Assembly: GCA_963766075.1 (NCBI GenBank)
Contig: CAVYAN010000025.1
Span: forward strand, 1-32,128
Source: an uncultured cyanobacterium
GTDB taxonomy: Bacteria > Cyanobacteriota > Cyanobacteriia > Leptolyngbyales > Leptolyngbyaceae
Reading direction: 5' to 3'
Length of the DNA: 32,128 nt
Made by a program: the position numbers and the translations under genes. Every line of letters starts with the position of its first letter. Position 1 is the stretch's first letter. The notes below the pieces were generated by a model. The model saw only the letters and a list, made by a program, of their open reading frames with translations, had not been told where the DNA came from and ran no database searches. Shown here one piece after another: positions 27,444 through 32,128 of the stretch.

Positions 27444-28940
27444 CTACGCCTCCACCTTCAAATCACCGATCGGGTAAGCCACACAGGCCAATACACATCC
27501 CGCCTGCTGATCGGCCTCGGTCAAAGCCATCGGTGGCGTCTCATACCGGACTTCTCCAACCGAAGTTTGTAGTTTACAAGCCCCGCAGGCTCCCATCCGG
27601 CAGGCACTCTGGATATCGACCCCTGCCTGCTCAGCCAGCTCTAACACCGTCATACTGCCATCTGCCGAAACGGCTTGCTTAGATTGGGTAAAATTGACCA
27701 CCTGGGCCGAATTTGAGCCATTGCTGGACTGGACAGGTTCAGCGATCGCAGGTTCTGCCGTCGCACTCGTAGGCGAACTCGCTGCGGCCTTCCCAGCATG
27801 GGGTTTATCGCCAAAGCTCTCTTCGTGATAATGAGCCATCGGAAAATTCATTTCCTGCAGCATTGTCTTTGCTTGTTTCATAAAGGCACTCGGCCCACAG
27901 ACAAAGACTGTGCGATTGTTGAGATCTGGCACAATCAAATTTAGCATCGACTCTGAAATTCGTCCCGTCAGCCCCATCCAAGGTTGGTTTGTGGGCTTTT
28001 GGGTCAGCGTCACGGCCAACCGAAAATTGGGTATTTGGGTGGCCATCATTTCCAATTCGGAGCGAAACACAATATCTTCTAAACTGCGGGCACTGTGAAG
28101 AAATAGCACATCGCAATCGACTAATGTATCCTGGACCCAGCGTGACATCGACATCATCGGCGTAATGCCGCTTCCAGCTGACAAGAGCAATAATTTTGGC
28201 GGTAGATTGGGCAAACAAGTAAAGTGGCCCATTGGCCCACCCATCAACATCACGTGATCGCCGACGTTGAGGTGGTCATGGAGCCAATTAGAAACCAGTC
28301 CGGCAGGGGCATCGGGTTGATCGATCGGTCGTGGTACGCGCTTTACCGTAATGCTGAGATAGTAGGGTCGGGTCGGTGAAGAGGAGATGGAATACGGTCG
28401 CACCACGCGCTGCCCGTCAATCGTGAGGGCCACGTTGGCGAACTGTCCCGGCTGATAGGTAAACAATACCGGTGATTCCGCCACGAAGTAAAATGTTTTG
28501 ACATCGTGGGTTTCATTCACAATGCGAGAACACCGACAGCGCAGATCATCCTTTGTCCAACTTGCACCTAAGGGGATGCCAGAATTCGTCGGATTTTTCG
28601 ATCGCGTTGGGGGATTCAATCGGTGGAGCGATCGCTTCCACATACAGCAACGTCTTACCCAGTTGGAGCAAATCCCCTAGGCCGAGTTGCCGTTGTTCGT
28701 TGATCGGTACCCATGCGCCATTCAGCATTGATCCGGAGCTACTCCCAATATCAACAAAGTGATAGGCAGCGTTGCTGTAAGTAATGCGACCATGCACGCG
28801 ACTGACTTCAGGGCAAGACAATACCAAATCACAAGTGCTCTTAGTCCGATCAGCCATTCTACTTGGCCGGGATGGCTGGGAATTAGCTCATAATGTTCAA
28901 ATTGTTGTTGTTCAAAGTTGACGGATTTTAGTTTTAACAT
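27444..28940 (-). CDS. FHA domain + FAD/NAD(P)H oxidoreductase + [2Fe-2S] ferredoxin fusion (Hcr/PaaE-like), split by two compensating indels
   Basis: IG(R)..CDLVL...VSRVH..D.GSSSG..LNG (FHA); RPYSISS, GLVSNWL, AGSGITP, CGP, HEESF (reductase); CRMGACGAC..LAC ([2Fe-2S]). Confidence 0.82.
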
Positions 28941-29175
28941 AGTAGGCTGGCTTCTTCGGATAAATCATCGGCACCACACCCTGTGAAGGCAATTCTGAAG
29001 GATTCTGGCATTGCTGATGGAAGTCATGCATTTTGGCGGGATCGGGCACGGCGGTGCTTGACTAACCGATAGCAAAATCATGGGACTATCGCTAGAATCA
29101 GCGAAATAGAAATTCGATCGACAGATGTGAAGATTATTTATCAATTCATTTACTTTTTAGTGATCCCGATTGGGA

Positions 29176-30993
29176 TTATAGGTTACGAATTTTTGTCGAA
29201 TCGCTCGGTTTATCATTTGATTTATGATTCAATTTACTATTTTCTTTGTTGTTGGCTTTACCCGTTGGCCTGAGATTAAATCGCGTCCGCTTAGACGGTT
29301 TGACAATTGTTTTGGCGAGGGTGACGGCGTTATGATGGTTGGTTGATGCGGGGGGTTTGGCAATTGAGGCTAAGACTTTTGGGTTGGTGGCAGCAATCGC
29401 CTCAATCATGGCGAAGTGCTGGGAATCGTGTAATTGCAACTCGGTGCGCAATTTTTGACCAAACTCAAAACTTTGATCGAGATCGATTACGCCTCGTTCC
29501 AATAAATCCAGCATAATTTCGGTGTAGGTTTCTAGCCGCACCTGCTGCGAGAATTCGGGCAATACCTTAACTAAGGTATAGATTTCGTCTGCCGATAGGT
29601 CATCGATCGATCGACCTTCCAAAGCCGCAGGTGTGATCGCCAGTTTGCGCAATTGCTGACGCAGACTGGTGGTCATGCGCTCCCGTTCATATTGGGCATG
29701 GGTGCGGCCCAGCGTGCGAAATAGCCAAATCGACCCGACCAATACGATTAAGGCATTAAAGCCCAGTACCAGGGGGGATGGCAACCGATTCAACAAGGAC
29801 CGTAATCCATAGGAAAAGAAGACCCAAAAGGAAGCTGTGGTAAAGATCGTAAACACCACATGTTGTGCCTGTTGCACCGAGATCGATTTCCCCTGGCGAG
29901 TGGTGTAGGCTCGATAGCCCCGTTCGGCGATGCGGCCTACGGTGAAAAAGATCGCGATCGCAACTCCAAACGTGATGAAAACAGCCAGGTATTTGGGAAT
30001 GGGGATGGCGTACCCAGCGATGTAAAACCCTGGACTAGCAATCCGGGTAATCTGCCCGACTTCATGGGTCCAGTCGCCCGTGAAGTAATAGTTCCAATTA
30101 CCGGCATACAAAAAGAAGTAGAGATAAAAGGCAATCACCATGCCCAGATAGCCATATTGCACCAATCGTCGTCCGGGCTTTTTCAGCTCTGTCCAATAGG
30201 CTTTCTCGGCGTCAATATCGATGCAGGGCATTTTGCAACTCACGCAGACGCTTTGGTCTTGACCCGTTTGCGGATTGCTGGTGCGGCACATGGACTGAGT
30301 GGGAACGGCTTTGGCGCTGAGATGGGCTTGACTGCCCAAGAGCGATCGCGGCCCCGTATACACCATTTGCACCGGAGCCATCGGGCAAAAATATTGACAC
30401 CAACTTTTGCCTGCATAGAGGTAGCCGATGGAGATGGCGCAGAGAATGGTGGTGAGGAGAAAGATGCCGAGGGCGATGCGATCGGAATTCACATATAAAA
30501 ATCGTAATCCTAAGCCCAAAACAAATAGCCCAAACTGCACATAGAGATGATTTCTCCCGAGCCAAGAGGTTTCGCTAATCGTGACCAAATCCCGCCGAGT
30601 GCTGCCAGTCAGCGGATCAACTACTTTACGTCGTCGTTGAATGCCCAAAGCACGGGGAATTTGCGAGAGAAAGGACAACGGACAGATGCGTCGCCACAGT
30701 TCATGCCCAAACACGTGGATCACAAAAATGCCGATCGGAACAATGATCGCCCACCAGATGAAAGCACCCATGGCGAAGGCGGGTTCTGGTAAACAAATCT
30801 GCTGAATTTTGGTACATTGCTGGGGGTCGAGCGCGAGTTCTGGCTTGACGTGGAAGGGGCTGGCCAAATTATTCGGGGCCGTAATCAATGGCGTAATCGG
30901 GTCATAAAAGAGGGATGCAATGAGTATGAGCCAGCCGATCGCCAATGCCCAACGGACACGATGCATAGTTTTTTCGGCAACAGCATTCAACAT
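29176..30993 (-). CDS. Polytopic membrane Fe-S protein (Fer4_5 / NosR-NapH-like CxxxCP family)
   Basis: About 8 TM segments; WRRICP, WCQYFCP, SMC..CVSCKMPCIDID; GGAGG ribosome-binding site upstream. Confidence 0.8.
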   Translation of the reverse strand: MLNAVAEKTMHRVRWALAIGWLILIASLFYDPITPLITAPNNLASPFHVKPELALDPQQCTKIQQICLPEPAFAMGAFIWWAIIVPIGIFVIHVFGHELWRRICPLSFLSQIPRALGIQRRRKVVDPLTGSTRRDLVTISETSWLGRNHLYVQFGLFVLGLGLRFLYVNSDRIALGIFLLTTILCAISIGYLYAGKSWCQYFCPMAPVQMVYTGPRSLLGSQAHLSAKAVPTQSMCRTSNPQTGQDQSVCVSCKMPCIDIDAEKAYWTELKKPGRRLVQYGYLGMVIAFYLYFFLYAGNWNYYFTGDWTHEVGQITRIASPGFYIAGYAIPIPKYLAVFITFGVAIAIFFTVGRIAERGYRAYTTRQGKSISVQQAQHVVFTIFTTASFWVFFSYGLRSLLNRLPSPLVLGFNALIVLVGSIWLFRTLGRTHAQYERERMTTSLRQQLRKLAITPAALEGRSIDDLSADEIYTLVKVLPEFSQQVRLETYTEIMLDLLERGVIDLDQSFEFGQKLRTELQLHDSQHFAMIEAIAATNPKVLASIAKPPASTNHHNAVTLAKTIVKPSKRTRFNLRPTGKANNKENSKLNHKSNDKPSDSTKIRNL

Positions 30994-31085
30994 AAATCTT
31001 CGCCTCCCTTGTGATCACATGTTCTCGGTTATTGAGAAGTTTCTCTGTGTACTTGTACTCGTGTCGTTATCATCGGCTTCAAGTC

Positions 31086-32128
31086 TTAAACCTCACTGAA
31101 CTGGGGCATCTTAATTGATTCTGGGGCTGCTATTTTGGCCGTGATTGGGTGGTTCACCCGGCGTTTTGGATTGGGCAACAAATTAGCTTGATTGTGCCCC
31201 GTCACTTTCTTGGGCGGGGTTGGATGATTTGATGATGCGATCCGATTGAGAGCTGCCTTTTGATTGGGCTTGGGTGCCTGCTGCTCTAGATTCCATACGA
31301 AGGTGCGATCGCTGCCCACACTAATTAATGTGTGCTGATCAACAATTTGTAGCCCCACGATCGCGGCGGTATGTCCCGTCAGAACGCGATCGCGCTGACC
31401 TGTGTGCAGATTCCATACTTGAATCTGCCGATCGTTGCTGGCCAGAATAATCTGATGGGGTTGCGTTCCAAAGGTCACCGCCGTTACGGATCCCTTGTTT
31501 AGGGTCAAGGTGCGCAGCAGCGCGCCGGTGTGGACATTCCACCAACGCAATTTGCCCGCTTGATTGCCACAGGCGATCGTCTTCCCGTCAGGACTCATGG
31601 CCACCGCCGTAATGCTGGTGGACTGTTCCTGAAAGGTGCGCAGCAGACGCCCGGAGTCAATATCCCAGAGCCGCACCCGGCTGTCGGTACTGCCACTCAC
31701 CAAATACCGACTATCGGCACTCATGGCCACTGCCGTAATCGACCCAGTGGGTCTGTCTAAAACCTTGAGTTTGGTGCCTTGTGGGGTGAGTGACCAGAGC
31801 CGGAGACCCCGATCTGAACCGACTGTGACTAACGTTTGCCGGTTCGGTGCCATCAAAATCCGGTCAGTGGGGGTCGGCATCACGAGATCATAGGCCGGTT
31901 GAGGATGAGTCTCGGGAGGAGATAGGGACTTGAGCCGCCAAGTTTACTGGGGGCTGGGAGTGGATTACTGATGCCTTGGCTAACTGGAAACCAGCCACTA
32001 ACTTTGCCGTTAGGTCGGGATGGCAGGAGTGCGCATAGGCACCCCCTGAGCCTGCCATTAGAAGGACCCCTGCGGTTGAGGTCAGGAGTGGGGACAGTCT
32101 CCGATGCGGCTCAGCCACAAATCGGTCG
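31086..32128 (-). CDS. WD40-repeat protein; probably frameshifted near 31890-31945 and possibly 5'-partial at the window edge
   Basis: LRLWSL, VRLWDI, LRWWNV, IQVWNL, TFVWNL repeats. The upstream piece carries a hydrophobic LLTSTAGVLLMAGSGGAYA segment and its frame is open to the window end. Confidence 0.8.

Noticed and set aside
31010..31059. CRP site (TGTGATCACA) or LexA site (GTAC-TT-GTAC) upstream of the membrane Fe-S gene
   Set aside because: Half-site spacings are wrong (CRP needs N6, cyanobacterial LexA needs N4)

Overview
Chromosomal window from a cyanobacterium: about 40 HIP1 octamers (GCGATCGC) counted by eye outside the rRNA genes, psbK, ictB and a cyanobacterial-type ITS. It probably belongs to a filamentous Leptolyngbya-like lineage, but that is not proven here. 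Contents in order: a complete rrn operon (promoter, 16S, tRNA-Ile, tRNA-Ala, 23S, 5S, terminator); comM/yifB; atpD-atpC; ppk1 with a small upstream gene; a UbiH-like hydroxylase; ictB; ligA; a GldA/F/G-like ABC + DUF4340 cluster; a Uma2 endonuclease; psbK; tgt. An accessory-looking block follows: a DODA-type dioxygenase, an IS5 relic cut by a MITE-like element, an FHA-flavin reductase-[2Fe-2S] fusion, a polytopic Fe-S membrane protein and a WD40 protein. At least six genes, including the essential ligA, are split by single-base indels, several in homopolymer runs; these are most likely sequencing errors. Best leads: (1) the frameshift-hidden FHA-oxidoreductase beside a CxxxCP membrane Fe-S protein, a possible phosphothreonine-gated electron-transfer module; (2) a four-repeat Pho box ahead of a 71-aa unknown gene and ppk1.
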